A DNA stretch of 32,000 nt from Candidatus Saccharimonadota bacterium (GTDB lineage: Bacteria > Pseudomonadota > Gammaproteobacteria > Enterobacterales > Enterobacteriaceae): positions 60,001 to 92,000 of the forward strand of contig NZ_CP135009.1 of assembly GCF_039383305.1 (NCBI RefSeq), read 5' to 3'. Shown here in pieces: positions 8,881 to 19,672 of this stretch (positions within the stretch are counted from its first letter, which is position 1; each line of letters opens with the position of its first letter). The translations under genes and the position numbers were made by a program. The notes under the pieces were generated by a model that was given only the letters and a program-made list of their open reading frames with translations, did no database searches and was not told where the DNA came from.

Positions 8881-9954
8881 TTATTTTTGTATCAAAGAAT
8901 TACATTGCCCTCTATACCGTAAGATATGATCCATTAAAACAATAGCAATCATAGCTTCTGTAATAGGTACCGCTCTTATACCTACGCAAGGATCATGCCT
9001 TCCTTTAGTGATAATTGTTGTGGTTTTTCCAGTTTTAGTAATAGTACGACCTGGAATTTGAATGCTAGATGTAGGTTTTAATGCGGTAGTAACAACAATT
9101 GAATTTCCATTACTAATTCCACCTAAAATTCCTCCAGAATGATTACTAGAAAAACCATTTGGATAAATTTCATCTCTATGTTCGCTTCCTTTTTGTGTTG
9201 TTACAGCGATTCCATCTCCTATTTCAACTGATTTTGTAGCATTTATACTCATAATTGCATGAGCAATATCAGCATCTAATCGATCAAATATTGGTTCTCC
9301 TAATCCAATAGGAACATTTTCTGCAATTATAGTTATTTTGGCTCCAATAGAATCTCCATTTTTTTTTAAGTTATTTAAAAATTTACAAATTTTTGAAATT
9401 TTTGTATCATCGCCACAAAAAAAAGGATTTTTTTGTACATTATTCCATGATATTAAAGGACATACAATTGGACCTATTTGAGAAATATAACCACGAATTA
9501 AAATTCCATAATTAAGAAATAAATATTTTTTCGCAATAGATCCTGCTGCAACTCTAATAGCCGTTTCTCGAGCTGAAGAGCGTCCACCTCCTCTATAATC
9601 TCGAATCCCATATTTTTTTTGATATGTAAAATCAGCATGATTTGGTCTAAATTTATTTTTTATTTCTGAATAATCTTGTGAGCGAACATCAGTATTATGG
9701 ATTATTATTCCAATACTAGTACCAGTTGTTATTCCTTTAAAAATTCCAGATAAAATTTTTACTTGATCATTTTCTCGTCTTTTTGTAGTATATTTAGAAA
9801 ATCCAGGTTTTCGACGATTTAAATCTATTTGTAAATCTTTTTCAGATAAAGGGAAACCAGGTGGTACTCCATCTATAATACCGCTTAATGCCATACCATG
9901 TGATTCCCCACAAGTTGTGACACAAAAGATTTTTCCAATAGTATTTCCTGACAT
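8881..9954 (-). CDS. aroC: Chorismate synthase
   Basis: [29 protein letters not shown]-like block ([14 protein letters not shown]), [11 protein letters not shown] and GRHDPCVG match the E. coli AroC conserved blocks. Length is 357 aa. Confidence 0.95.
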   Translation of the reverse strand: MSGNTIGKIFCVTTCGESHGMALSGIIDGVPPGFPLSEKDLQIDLNRRKPGFSKYTTKRRENDQVKILSGIFKGITTGTSIGIIIHNTDVRSQDYSEIKNKFRPNHADFTYQKKYGIRDYRGGGRSSARETAIRVAAGSIAKKYLFLNYGILIRGYISQIGPIVCPLISWNNVQKNPFFCGDDTKISKICKFLNNLKKNGDSIGAKITIIAENVPIGLGEPIFDRLDADIAHAIMSINATKSVEIGDGIAVTTQKGSEHRDEIYPNGFSSNHSGGILGGISNGNSIVVTTALKPTSSIQIPGRTITKTGKTTTIITKGRHDPCVGIRAVPITEAMIAIVLMDHILRYRGQCNSLIQK

Positions 9955-10258
9955 AAAATTTTCCTAATATTTTATTAATGATTTTTTTATGAAATTTATA
10001 TTTTATATTATTTAAAGATTTTTATAAAATTTATAATATTAAAATTATTATATTTAATAGATATGATAACATAAAATATTTCATTTTAATAAATGAAATT
10101 TTTTGTCTTATTTAAAATATTTTTTATATGTAATTAGAAAAAAATTTTATATAATAAAATTTAATAAAATTTATATATTATAAATTTTATGGGTTTTTTA
10201 ATAAAAAGATGTTATATTTTATAATTTTTACGAATAGTATTTTTTGGATAATTTATGT

Positions 10259-10795
10259 ATGAAGAAAAAAATTTGTGATATTTCGTCAGATCATGATGTT
10301 TTTTCGTATCATGTACAAGATGTTAAAAAAATAGTTCAAGATACTATTTTTCATATAAAGTTAAATCATAAAAAAAAAAAATTTTATGATAAAAAATTTT
10401 TTTTTGAACAGGAATTGCATAGTCATTATTTTCAGGATTTTGTTTCTGAAAATTTATATTTTTTACATCAAGATCCAATTTGTTATGTACGAAATTCGAA
10501 AAATTTAGTTGATGTTAAAAAATTTAAAAAAGGAAAATATATTCCTGAAGTAGTTTTAGATTTACATGGTGTAAATTTGTATCAAGCAAAAAAAGCATTA
10601 GGAATGTTAATTGCTATTTGTTTAAAAAAAAATTTTTTTTGTGCTAATGTAATTCATGGATATGGAAAAAATATTTTAAAAAAAAATATTCCAATTTGGT
10701 TAATTCAAAATCCGAATATTTTAGCTTTTCATAGAGCCCCTAAAATTTTCGGATTTGATGCTGCAATTTTAATTTTTATTAAAAAAAATAGTTAA
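10259..10795 (+). CDS. smrB: Smr-domain ribosome-rescue endonuclease SmrB (YfcN)
   Basis: The start was moved from the TTG at 10244 to the in-frame ATG at 10259, because MKKK... matches the E. coli SmrB start. The N-terminal KKIVQDTIFH matches RKIKQDTIVH. The Smr-domain motifs LDLHG and HGYGKNILK are present. Confidence 0.88.
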   Translation: MKKKICDISSDHDVFSYHVQDVKKIVQDTIFHIKLNHKKKKFYDKKFFFEQELHSHYFQDFVSENLYFLHQDPICYVRNSKNLVDVKKFKKGKYIPEVVLDLHGVNLYQAKKALGMLIAICLKKNFFCANVIHGYGKNILKKNIPIWLIQNPNILAFHRAPKIFGFDAAILIFIKKNS

Positions 10796-11009
10796 TTTAT
10801 TATATAAATTTTTAAAATTTTTAATTTTATATTTTTAATATCTTTAAGTAATTTACAAATATGATTTTATATTTTATATTTAAAAAAAAATATTTTTTTT
10901 AAAATTATATAATAAAATTTTTTTATCATAAAATTTTTAATAAGATATTAAATTTTTTAAAAATTTTATATAAAATTTTTTAAAATTATATAAATTAAAG
11001 GAATTTTTT

Positions 11010-11912
11010 ATGTCTCTTAAATCGCGTTTGAGATTAGCAATTCAAAAATCTGGTCGTTTAAGTTGCGATTCAAAGAATTTATTAATGCGTTGTGGGATTA
11101 AAATTAATTTTCAGAAATCTAGTTTAATTGCATGTGCAGAAAATATTCCTATTGATGTTTTGTTAGTACGTGATGATGATATTCCTGGATTAATTATGGA
11201 TGGAGTAGTAGAATTAGGAATTGTAGGTGCAAATGTTTTAGAAGAAAAAAGATTAAGTAGGTTTTTTCAAGGTAATTCGATTAAATATGATAAATTACAA
11301 AATTTAGATTTTGGGATTTGCCGTTTATCTTTAGCAGTTCCAATTGAAATGAAATATAAAAATATTTTTAGTGTAAAAGATTTAAAAATAGCTACTTCTT
11401 ATCCTAATTTATTAAAAAAATATTTAGATAAAAATTTAGTATCTTTTAATTCTTTTGTATTAAATGGATCAGTGGAAGTAGCTTTAAACGCTGGTTTATC
11501 GGATGCAATTTGTGATTTAGTATCTACTGGAGCTACATTAGAAGCTAATGGTTTAAAAGAAGTTGAAAGAATTTATCATTCAAATGCTTTGTTAATATCG
11601 CAGAATAATTTTAAAATTTCTTTTCAAAAGAAATATATTATTCAAAAATTATTGACTCGTATTCGAGGTGTTATTAAGGCTAGAGAGTCTAAATATATTA
11701 TGTTACATGTACCTCAATCTAAATTAAATTCTGTAATTACATTATTAAATGGTGCAGAACAACCTACTATATTAAAATTAACGGGTCATACTAATAAAGT
11801 TGCTTTACATATGGTAAGTAGTGAAAATGTTTTTTGGGAAACAATGGAAAAATTAAAAAGATTAGGAGCAAGTTCTATTTTGGTTTTACCAATTGAAAAA
11901 ATGATGGAATAA
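11010..11912 (+). CDS. hisG: ATP phosphoribosyltransferase (long form)
   Basis: 300 aa. [34 protein letters not shown] and the C-terminal regulatory domain are present. First gene of a contiguous his cluster. Confidence 0.95.
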   Translation: MSLKSRLRLAIQKSGRLSCDSKNLLMRCGIKINFQKSSLIACAENIPIDVLLVRDDDIPGLIMDGVVELGIVGANVLEEKRLSRFFQGNSIKYDKLQNLDFGICRLSLAVPIEMKYKNIFSVKDLKIATSYPNLLKKYLDKNLVSFNSFVLNGSVEVALNAGLSDAICDLVSTGATLEANGLKEVERIYHSNALLISQNNFKISFQKKYIIQKLLTRIRGVIKARESKYIMLHVPQSKLNSVITLLNGAEQPTILKLTGHTNKVALHMVSSENVFWETMEKLKRLGASSILVLPIEKMME

Positions 11913-11919
11913 TTAAATT

Positions 11920-13218
11920 ATGAATAATCTTTTAAATAAAATAATTGTTTGGAAATTTTTTTCTAAAAATGAAAAAAAAAAAATTTTGTTAAGACCTTTT
12001 TTTAAAAAAAAAAATGATATAAAAAAAAAGGTTAAAGAAATTTTAATGAATATTAGAAATAATGGTGATATAGAATTACATAAATATGTAAAAAAATTTG
12101 ATAATATTATTTTAAAAAATTTTTATATATCAGAAAAAGATATTAAGGAGAGTGTAAATAGTGTTTCAAAAAATTTTCAAGATTCTGTTAAAATTGCTAA
12201 AAAAAATATTGAAATTTTTCATATGTCTCAAAAAATTAATAATATCGATATAGTAACTTTTCCCGGTATTCGTTGTCAAAGAATTGCAAGACCAATTTCT
12301 TCTGTAGGTTTATATGTTCCTGGTAATCCTTTTCCATTAGTTTCTACTTTATTAATGTTAATTGTTCCTGCACTGTTAGCGGGTTGTGTAGATATTACAA
12401 TTTGCACTCCTCCTCCAGTCAGTGTGGAAATTTTATATATAGCTAAATTATGTAAAATTAAAAAAATTTTACAAATTGGAGGAGCGCAAGCTATTGCTGC
12501 TATGGCATTTGGAACAGAAAGTATTCAAAAAGTAGACAAAATTTTTGGACCTGGAAATATTTATGTAACGGAAGCAAAATTACAAGTAAGTCAAGATATT
12601 TTTGGCGTTTCTATTGATATGTTAGCGGGTCCTTCAGAAATATTAATTATAGCAGATCAAGATGCAAATATATCTTTTATAGTTTCAGATTTATTAGCGC
12701 AAGCTGAACATGATAAAAATTCTCAATTTTTTTTATTAACATTTGACCTTAAAGTAGCCGAAAGAGTTTCATTAGAAATTTTTAAACAAATGAATATTTT
12801 AAAAAAGAAAAATAATATTTTAAAAGTATTAACAAATAGTAGAATTATTTTAACGGAACATTTATATGAATGTTTTCAAATTTCAAATCAATATGCTCCT
12901 GAACATTTAATATTACATATTAAAAATCCTAGAAAATGGATACCATATATTCAAAATGCAGGATCTGTTTTTTTAGGAAAATGGACGCCTGAAGCTTCTG
13001 GAGATTACATAACGGGTGCTAATCATGTTTTACCAACATATGGACACGCAAAAACTCGTTCTTCTTTAGGAGTATTAGATTTTCAAAAATTTATTACTAT
13101 TCAAGAAATGACAAAAAAATCTTTATTACAGTTATCTTCTAATATTATTACTCTTGCTCAAATTGAAGGAATGGATGCGCACGCGCAATCTATAAAAATT
13201 CGAACAGAAATTTTATAA
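11920..13218 (+). CDS. hisD: Histidinol dehydrogenase
   Basis: 432 aa. QIGGAQAIAAMAFGTESI, IFGPGNIYVTEAK, AGPSEILIIAD, AQAEHD and YAPEHL match conserved HisD blocks. Confidence 0.95.
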   Translation: MNNLLNKIIVWKFFSKNEKKKILLRPFFKKKNDIKKKVKEILMNIRNNGDIELHKYVKKFDNIILKNFYISEKDIKESVNSVSKNFQDSVKIAKKNIEIFHMSQKINNIDIVTFPGIRCQRIARPISSVGLYVPGNPFPLVSTLLMLIVPALLAGCVDITICTPPPVSVEILYIAKLCKIKKILQIGGAQAIAAMAFGTESIQKVDKIFGPGNIYVTEAKLQVSQDIFGVSIDMLAGPSEILIIADQDANISFIVSDLLAQAEHDKNSQFFLLTFDLKVAERVSLEIFKQMNILKKKNNILKVLTNSRIILTEHLYECFQISNQYAPEHLILHIKNPRKWIPYIQNAGSVFLGKWTPEASGDYITGANHVLPTYGHAKTRSSLGVLDFQKFITIQEMTKKSLLQLSSNIITLAQIEGMDAHAQSIKIRTEIL

Positions 13219-13232
13219 AAGATTAAAAATAT

Positions 13233-14294
13233 ATGAAAACTATTGTTCCAAAACATATAAAAAATTTTTTACCTTACCTTTCTTCTAGAAAGATAGGTTT
13301 GTCTGGAAAAATTTTTTTAAATGCAAATGAGTCTCCATATTATAAAATTTTTACGCAAACATATCATACTTTAAATCGATATCCTGAATTTCAAGATTCT
13401 AAATTATTACAAAAATATTCAAAATATTCTCGAGTTTCTGAAGAACAAATTTTAATTACTCGAGGGTCTGATGAGGCTATTGATTTGTTAATTCGTACTT
13501 TTTGTAATTCTAGAAAAGATTTAGTGATGTATTTTCCACCTACATATGATATGTATAAAATTTGTGCTCAGATTTTAAATGTAAAAACTATTCGTATTCC
13601 GAGTATAAAAAATTTTCAATTAAATTTGACAGAAATTTTTAAAAATTTACAATCAGTAAAATTAATATATATTTGTAATCCAAATAATCCTACTGGCACT
13701 TTAATTAATTCTTTAGATTTAATATATATTTTAAAGAATATTTCTATTTTTTGTTTGGTAGTAATTGATGAAGCATATATTGAATTTTCTATTGAAAATA
13801 GTAGTGTAAAATTGTTATCTAAATATTCTAATTTAGTAATTTTACGAACATTGTCAAAAGCATTTGGTTTGGCGGGTATACGTTGTGGTTTTATATTGTC
13901 TAGTGTAAATGTTATTAAATTTTTAAAAAAAGTTTTAGCTCCATATCCAATTCCAAGTCCTGTATCTTCTATTGCAAAAATTGCATTAAAAAAAGAAAAT
14001 TATAAAAAAATTCAAAAAAATATTTTAAAAATATTAAAAAATCGTGATTTTTTAGTTTCTAAAATTTTAAAATTATCTTTTATACAAAAAATTTATCATA
14101 GTCAGACAAATTTTGTCTTAATTAAATTTACGGAGTCTCAAAAAGTTTTTAAATATTTATTAGAAAATGGTATTGTAGTACGTGATCAATCTCATAAAAA
14201 TTTTTTAAATAATTGTTTGCGTATATCTATAGGTACTTTTGAGGAATGTTCAGAATTGATAACTATTTTATATAAGATGCTAAAAATGGAATGA
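13233..14294 (+). CDS. hisC: Histidinol-phosphate aminotransferase
   Basis: 353 aa. LNANESPY, RYPE, CNPNNPTG and the PLP-lysine context RTLSKAFGLAGIRCGF are present. Confidence 0.94.
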   Translation: MKTIVPKHIKNFLPYLSSRKIGLSGKIFLNANESPYYKIFTQTYHTLNRYPEFQDSKLLQKYSKYSRVSEEQILITRGSDEAIDLLIRTFCNSRKDLVMYFPPTYDMYKICAQILNVKTIRIPSIKNFQLNLTEIFKNLQSVKLIYICNPNNPTGTLINSLDLIYILKNISIFCLVVIDEAYIEFSIENSSVKLLSKYSNLVILRTLSKAFGLAGIRCGFILSSVNVIKFLKKVLAPYPIPSPVSSIAKIALKKENYKKIQKNILKILKNRDFLVSKILKLSFIQKIYHSQTNFVLIKFTESQKVFKYLLENGIVVRDQSHKNFLNNCLRISIGTFEECSELITILYKMLKME

Positions 14295-14295
14295 T

Positions 14296-15363
14296 ATGAT
14301 TAAAAAAATTTTATTTATTGATCGTGATGGAACTTTAATTCATGAACCTCGTATTTCAAAACAAGTAGATTGTTTAAGTAAATTATTTTTTGAGCCTTTT
14401 GTAATAGTTTCTTTAGCGAAATTAATTAAATATGGTTATGAATTAGTATTAATTACAAATCAAGATGGATTAGGTAGTCGAATTTTTTCTATTAAAAATT
14501 TTAGTTTAGTTCAGAATTTTATGTTACGTATTTTAAATTCTCAGGGTGTTTTTTTTAGAAGTATTTTAATTTGTCCTCATTTTTTAGAAGATAATTGTTT
14601 ATGTCGAAAACCAAAAACTGGTTTAGTGCAATATTGGTTAAAAAAAAAAAATATAGATAGAAATATGAGTTATGTTATAGGAGATAGGAAAACAGATTTA
14701 CAATTAGCTACTAATATGAGTATAAAAGGTATTTTGTATCATAGAAAAAAATTTTCTTGGATAAAGATTGTACAACATTTAACTACTGTAGATCGTTTTG
14801 CATGTATTACACGTATAACTAAAGAAACTCAAATTTTTATAAAAATTTTTTTAGATAGAACAGTAAAAAGTTATACGCATACAGGTATTTTTTTTTTTGA
14901 TCATTTATTAGAACAAATTAGAGTTCATAGTGGTATTTCGTGGTCTATAAAAGTTTTTGGGGATTTAGAAATTGATAATCATCATACAGTAGAAGATATA
15001 GGTATTGCTTTAGGGGAGGCATTTAAAAAATCATTAAATTTAAAAGTAGGTATTTCTAGATATGGTTTTGTATTACCAATGGATGATAGTTTAGCGTCTT
15101 GTTATTTAGATATTTCAGGTAGGTCTTATTTTTCTTTTTATGCAAAATTTAAAAATATTTTTATAGGTGATTTTAGTACTGATATGATTGAACATTTTTT
15201 TTATTCTTTTAGTATATCTATGGGTATTACTTTACATTTACATGCATTTGGTTTAAATGATCATCATTGTTCTGAAAGTTTATTTAAAGTTTTTGGAAAA
15301 ACATTACAGCAAGCTATAAAAATTAATGGAACAGAGATACCCACTACAAAAGGTATTTTATAA
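14296..15363 (+). CDS. hisB: Bifunctional histidinol-phosphatase / imidazoleglycerol-phosphate dehydratase
   Basis: 355 aa. N-terminal HAD motif FIDRDGTLI and CxC context (CLCRKPKTG). The C-terminal IGPD domain has the DNHHTVEDIGIALG and DHHCSESLFK motifs. The start lies 1 nt after the hisC TGA. Confidence 0.95.
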   Translation: MIKKILFIDRDGTLIHEPRISKQVDCLSKLFFEPFVIVSLAKLIKYGYELVLITNQDGLGSRIFSIKNFSLVQNFMLRILNSQGVFFRSILICPHFLEDNCLCRKPKTGLVQYWLKKKNIDRNMSYVIGDRKTDLQLATNMSIKGILYHRKKFSWIKIVQHLTTVDRFACITRITKETQIFIKIFLDRTVKSYTHTGIFFFDHLLEQIRVHSGISWSIKVFGDLEIDNHHTVEDIGIALGEAFKKSLNLKVGISRYGFVLPMDDSLASCYLDISGRSYFSFYAKFKNIFIGDFSTDMIEHFFYSFSISMGITLHLHAFGLNDHHCSESLFKVFGKTLQQAIKINGTEIPTTKGIL

Positions 15364-15956
15364 TGAATAATATTATTATTATAGATACAGGTTGTGCAAA
15401 TTTTTTTTCTTTAAAAAAATCTATTCAAAGTTTAAAATATTCTGTAAAAATTAGCTCTAATATTTCAGAAATATTATCTGCAAAAAAAATTTTTTTACCT
15501 GGAGTTGGTGCTATTAATACGGCAATAAAATATTTAAATAAAAGAAATTTAATTCCTATAATTAAAAATATTACAGTACCTATTTTAGGTATTTGTTTAG
15601 GTATGCAATTATTTTTTGGTGATAGTCAAGAAAATGGATTTTATTCAGCATTAAATATTATTCCTGAGTCTATTGTTAAAATTAAAAATAAAAAATTTTC
15701 TTTACCGCATATGGGATGGAATAAAATTTTTTTTGAAAAAAAAAATATATTATTTAAGAATATTAACACTGAAACTAGATTTTATTTTTTACATAGTTAT
15801 TGTGCATTATTAAATAAATATACTATTGCTGTAACTAAATACGGTCATTTTTTTAGTGCTGCAGTACAAAAAGAAAACTTTTTTGGAGTACAATTTCATC
15901 CTGAAAAATCTGGAAAAGATGGTCAGAAATTAATAAAAAATTTTTTGGAGTTATAA
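15363..15956 (+). CDS. hisH: Imidazole glycerol phosphate synthase, glutaminase subunit
   Basis: 197 aa. Catalytic Cys in GICLGMQ and the His/Glu pair in QFHPEKS. The start overlaps the hisB stop as TAATG. Confidence 0.95.
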   Translation: MNNIIIIDTGCANFFSLKKSIQSLKYSVKISSNISEILSAKKIFLPGVGAINTAIKYLNKRNLIPIIKNITVPILGICLGMQLFFGDSQENGFYSALNIIPESIVKIKNKKFSLPHMGWNKIFFEKKNILFKNINTETRFYFLHSYCALLNKYTIAVTKYGHFFSAAVQKENFFGVQFHPEKSGKDGQKLIKNFLEL

Positions 15957-15959
15957 AGA

Positions 15960-16697
15960 ATGATTATTCCAGCATTAGATATTATGAATAATAAAATAGT
16001 CAGATTATATCAAGGAAATTTTTCAAAAGTTACAATTTTTCCACAAAATATATTAGATAAAATTTTTAAATATATAAAAATGGGCGCTAAATATATACAT
16101 ATCATTGATTTGAATGGGTGTCAAAATCCTTTAAAAAATCAAAAATATTTTATTAAAAAATTGATACCATATAAAAATTTTTTTATTCAAATAGGTGGTG
16201 GGATACGAAATTTTTTAGAAATATCGCAATTATTAGATTTAGGTGTTAAACGAGTAATTTTAGGAACTAGTGTTATTGAAGACCCTAATTTTTTAAAAAA
16301 AATATTAAAAAAGTATGGAGGTAAAAAAATTATTTTAGCGCTTGATGTATGTATTAATTCTAAAAATATTTCTCAAGTGGTTATAAATGGGTGGAAGAAA
16401 ATTACTTATCAAAGTATTGAAGATATTTTAAATTTTTATAAAGATAATAATTTAAAATACGTATTATGTACTGATATTACTAGAGATGGAACTTTACAGG
16501 GTCCTAATTTACAATTGTATACAAATTTAGTTCAAAATTTTCCTCAAATATATTTTCAAGCTTCTGGTGGAATTGGAAATTTATCGGATATACGTAAAAT
16601 CAAAAAAACTGGTGTTAAAGATCTTATTATAGGTCGCGCTTTATTAGAGAAAAAATTTACTTTTTTAGAGGCAAAAAAATGTTGGCTAAACGGATAA
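15960..16697 (+). CDS. hisA: ProFAR isomerase
   Basis: 245 aa, the same length as E. coli HisA. MIIPALDI...VRLYQG, GGGIR and ASGGIG motifs. GGAG lies upstream at 15947..15950. Confidence 0.94.
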   Translation: MIIPALDIMNNKIVRLYQGNFSKVTIFPQNILDKIFKYIKMGAKYIHIIDLNGCQNPLKNQKYFIKKLIPYKNFFIQIGGGIRNFLEISQLLDLGVKRVILGTSVIEDPNFLKKILKKYGGKKIILALDVCINSKNISQVVINGWKKITYQSIEDILNFYKDNNLKYVLCTDITRDGTLQGPNLQLYTNLVQNFPQIYFQASGGIGNLSDIRKIKKTGVKDLIIGRALLEKKFTFLEAKKCWLNG

Positions 16698-17452
16698 TTC
16701 CATGTTTAGATGTAAAAAATAATCAAGTTGTAAAAGGAATACAATTTAAAAATCATATGATTATAGGAGATATTTTATCTTTAGCAAAATATTATTCTTG
16801 TGTTGGTGCTGATGAATTAGTTTTTTATGATATTACAGCTTCTATAACAAATACTATAGTTTCAAAATCTTGGATTACTAAAATTGCAAAAGTAATTGAT
16901 ATTCCTTTTTGTGTTGCAGGTGGTATTAATAGTATACAAGATGCTGAATTAGTTTTATTTTCCGGTGCTGATAAGTTATCAATTAATACTCCTGCTTTAA
17001 ATAATCCTAATTTAATCTCTCAGTTATCTAATAGATTTGGCTCTCAATGTATCGTAGTAGGTGTAGATTCTTGGTATGATCAATTGACTAAAGAATATTT
17101 TGTATTTAAATATACAGGAAATTTTGAGAATAGAAAAAAAACTTTATGGAAAACGATTGATTGGGTAAAATATGTACAAAAATTAGGTGCTGGAGAAATT
17201 GTTTTAAATTCTATGAATTGTGATGGTTTAAAAAAGGGTTTTGATCTTAAACAATTAAAGAAAATACGTAAGATTTGTAAAGTTCCTTTGATTGCATCAG
17301 GAGGAGCTGGTTCAGTACAAGATTTTTTAGATGTATTTAATAAAACAAAGGTTGATGGAGCATTAGCTGCTTCTATTTTACATAAAAAAATAGTTTCAAT
17401 AAATTCTATAAAAAAATTTTTAAAATTAAAAGGAGTTGAAGTGCGTATATGA
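16679..17452 (+). CDS. hisF: Imidazole glycerol phosphate synthase, cyclase subunit
   Basis: [12 protein letters not shown] is identical to the E. coli HisF N-terminus. [28 protein letters not shown] and DGALAAS are present. It overlaps the hisA 3' end by 19 nt. Confidence 0.96.
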   Translation: MLAKRIIPCLDVKNNQVVKGIQFKNHMIIGDILSLAKYYSCVGADELVFYDITASITNTIVSKSWITKIAKVIDIPFCVAGGINSIQDAELVLFSGADKLSINTPALNNPNLISQLSNRFGSQCIVVGVDSWYDQLTKEYFVFKYTGNFENRKKTLWKTIDWVKYVQKLGAGEIVLNSMNCDGLKKGFDLKQLKKIRKICKVPLIASGGAGSVQDFLDVFNKTKVDGALAASILHKKIVSINSIKKFLKLKGVEVRI

Positions 17453-18066
17453 AAATTTGTAAAAATCTAAATTTTTTAAATTGGAAAAAAATGAAAGGGC
17501 TGATTCCAGTTATTATACAACATTATGTGTCTGGTATTGTTTTAATGCATGGATATATGACAGTAGAAGCCTTTAATCAAACAAAACAAACAAAAATTTT
17601 AACATTATTTTCACGTAGTAAAAAACGTTTATGGGTAAAAGGAGAAGTTTCTAAAAATTTTTTAAAAGTAAAAAAAATTACAACTGATTGTGATTATGAT
17701 GTAATTTTAACTTTTGTAAAACCAAGTGGTAATACTTGTCATTTAAATCGTTTTAGTTGTTTTTTAAATAATGAATTTATTTATTCACATTTATATTCTT
17801 TAGAAAAAATTATAAAATCACGTCAAAAAAAAGATATTTTAAATTCTTATGTAAAAAAAATGTATGATTCTGGTTTATCTCGTATTGCGCAAAAAGTTGG
17901 AGAAGAAGCAATAGAAACTGTTATAGCAGTTTTTGGTCATAATACTAATGATTTTATTAATGAGGTATCTGATTTACTTTTTCATGTATTAATTTTATTA
18001 CATTCAAAAAATTTAGAATTATGTATTATTATAAAAAATTTAAAAACACGTGTCTATTCATCCTGA
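17449..18066 (+). CDS. hisI: Bifunctional PR-AMP cyclohydrolase / PR-ATP pyrophosphatase
   Basis: 205 aa. [22 protein letters not shown], the TDCDYD...CH...SCF metal-ligand pattern and C-terminal [17 protein letters not shown] overlap with the hisF stop. Confidence 0.94.
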   Translation: MKICKNLNFLNWKKMKGLIPVIIQHYVSGIVLMHGYMTVEAFNQTKQTKILTLFSRSKKRLWVKGEVSKNFLKVKKITTDCDYDVILTFVKPSGNTCHLNRFSCFLNNEFIYSHLYSLEKIIKSRQKKDILNSYVKKMYDSGLSRIAQKVGEEAIETVIAVFGHNTNDFINEVSDLLFHVLILLHSKNLELCIIIKNLKTRVYSS

Positions 18067-18161
18067 ATATAATATATTAAATAAAATTTAATATTATTTT
18101 TTATTTAATATAAAAAGAGTTTTTATTATTTTAAATATTATTAAAAATTAGGATAAAAATT

Positions 18162-19577
18162 ATGTCATTAAATAATATAGGAATTTTAGGTATGGGTGTT
18201 ATGGGTTCTAATTTAGCTTATAATCTAGCTAATAATGGAGAACGCGTATCTATTTATACTCGTTCAATAGAGAAATTAAAAAATATTGTTAAAAATGATA
18301 AAAGTCATTTAATTGTATCTTTTACTTCTTTGGAGGATTTTATTTTTTCTTTAAAAAAACCACGTCATATTTTATTAATGTTACCTTCTGGTATTACTAT
18401 TGATTTTTTGATTAAAGATTTGTTAAAATTTTTAACTATAGGGGATGTTATAATTGATGGAGGTAATTCTTTTTTTAAAGATACACAAATAAGAAGTCAA
18501 AAATTACTTAAAAAAGGAATTTTTTTTATAGGTGTAGGTATTTCAGGTGGAGAAGAGGGGGCTTTAAACGGTCCAGCGATGATGATAGGGGGAGATAAAA
18601 AAGTTTGTTATTTATTAGAACCTTTGTTTCAAAAAATTTCGGCTAAATATAATAAAGAACCTTGCGCAGAATATTTAGGTACAGATGGTGCGGGACATTA
18701 TGTGAAAATGGTACATAATGGTATTGAATATAGTGATATGCAGTTAATTTCTGAAGTATATTTTTTATTAAAAAAATTTTTAAAATTAGATAATAAAAAA
18801 ATTTCTAATTTATTTTCTGAATGGAATCAAGGGGAATTAAAGAGTTATTTAATAGATATTACTTCAAAAATTTTATTAAAAAAAAATAAAAAAGGTAAAT
18901 ATATTTTAGATTTGATTGAAGATTGCGCTTTTAATAAAGGTACTGGTCTTTGGGCTTCACAAAATGCATTAGAATTACATGCTCCATTATCTTTAATTAC
19001 AGAATCTGTATTTTTTCGTTATTTGTCTACTTTAAAATCTCAAAGAATGTTAGCTTCTACATTATTAACTGGACCTATAAATAATTTTATTTTTAAAAAA
19101 GAAAATTTTTTACAATTTATTGAGCATATTCGAAAAGCATTATATTTAGGTAAGATTTTATCTTATGCGCAAGGTTTTTCTCAATTAAAATTTGCATCTA
19201 AAAAATATCAATGGGATTTTCAATATGTTAAAATTGCGAAAATTTTTCGTGCTGGATGTATTATACAAGCAGATTTATTAAATAAAATTGTAAAAGCATA
19301 TACTGAAAATAATAAAATTATTAATTTATTATTAACTTCTGAATTTCAAGAAATAGTTAATGAATATCAAAAATCTTTAAGATATATTGTAGTTACAGGT
19401 TTAAAATATGGAATTCCTATGCCAGTTTTTTCAGCTGCTCTGTCATATTACGATTCTTATCGTTCTGAGAAATTACCGGCTAATTTAATACAAGCACAAA
19501 GAGATTATTTTGGAGCTCATACTTATTCTCGAATTGATAAAGAGGGTATATTTCATACTAATTGGGTAAAAAAGTAA
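18162..19577 (+). CDS. gnd: 6-phosphogluconate dehydrogenase (decarboxylating)
   Basis: 471 aa. IGILGMGVMGSNLA, GVGISGGEEGALNGPAMM, GAGHYVKMVHNGIEYSDMQLI, NKGTG and ANLIQAQRDYFGAHTY match E. coli Gnd throughout. Confidence 0.96.
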   Translation: MSLNNIGILGMGVMGSNLAYNLANNGERVSIYTRSIEKLKNIVKNDKSHLIVSFTSLEDFIFSLKKPRHILLMLPSGITIDFLIKDLLKFLTIGDVIIDGGNSFFKDTQIRSQKLLKKGIFFIGVGISGGEEGALNGPAMMIGGDKKVCYLLEPLFQKISAKYNKEPCAEYLGTDGAGHYVKMVHNGIEYSDMQLISEVYFLLKKFLKLDNKKISNLFSEWNQGELKSYLIDITSKILLKKNKKGKYILDLIEDCAFNKGTGLWASQNALELHAPLSLITESVFFRYLSTLKSQRMLASTLLTGPINNFIFKKENFLQFIEHIRKALYLGKILSYAQGFSQLKFASKKYQWDFQYVKIAKIFRAGCIIQADLLNKIVKAYTENNKIINLLLTSEFQEIVNEYQKSLRYIVVTGLKYGIPMPVFSAALSYYDSYRSEKLPANLIQAQRDYFGAHTYSRIDKEGIFHTNWVKK

Positions 19578-19635
19578 TTATATTTTTTATAGTAAAGTAT
19601 ATGATTTTAAAAATTTAATAATATTTAATAAAAAA

Positions 19636-19672
19636 TTCTGCAAGTTTTTTAAACTTTTTAAATCTTGCAGAA
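19636..19672 (+). terminator. Candidate rho-independent terminator downstream of gnd
   Basis: A 9-bp stem, ttctgcaag (19636..19644) and cttgcagaa (19664..19672), containing 3 G:C pairs, which is rare in this DNA. The loop is 19 nt and aaattattttttt follows. It lies 59 nt after the gnd stop. Confidence 0.4.

Noticed and set aside
9955-10243. Sigma-70 promoter calls (TATAAT- and TTGACA-like hexamers) in the divergent aroC-smrB region and in other intergenic spacers
   Set aside because: TATAAT-like hexamers occur by chance every few hundred bases or less at this base composition. No call can be supported from sequence alone.
18074-18094. AT-only 9-bp hairpin (atattaaat/atttaatat) followed by a T run after hisI, considered as the his operon terminator
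   Set aside because: There are no G:C pairs and the loop is only 3 nt, so predicted stability is very low. Similar A/T palindromes occur throughout the intergenic DNA (for example 10078..10099, 22892..22909 and 23961..23984). I did not list it as a feature.
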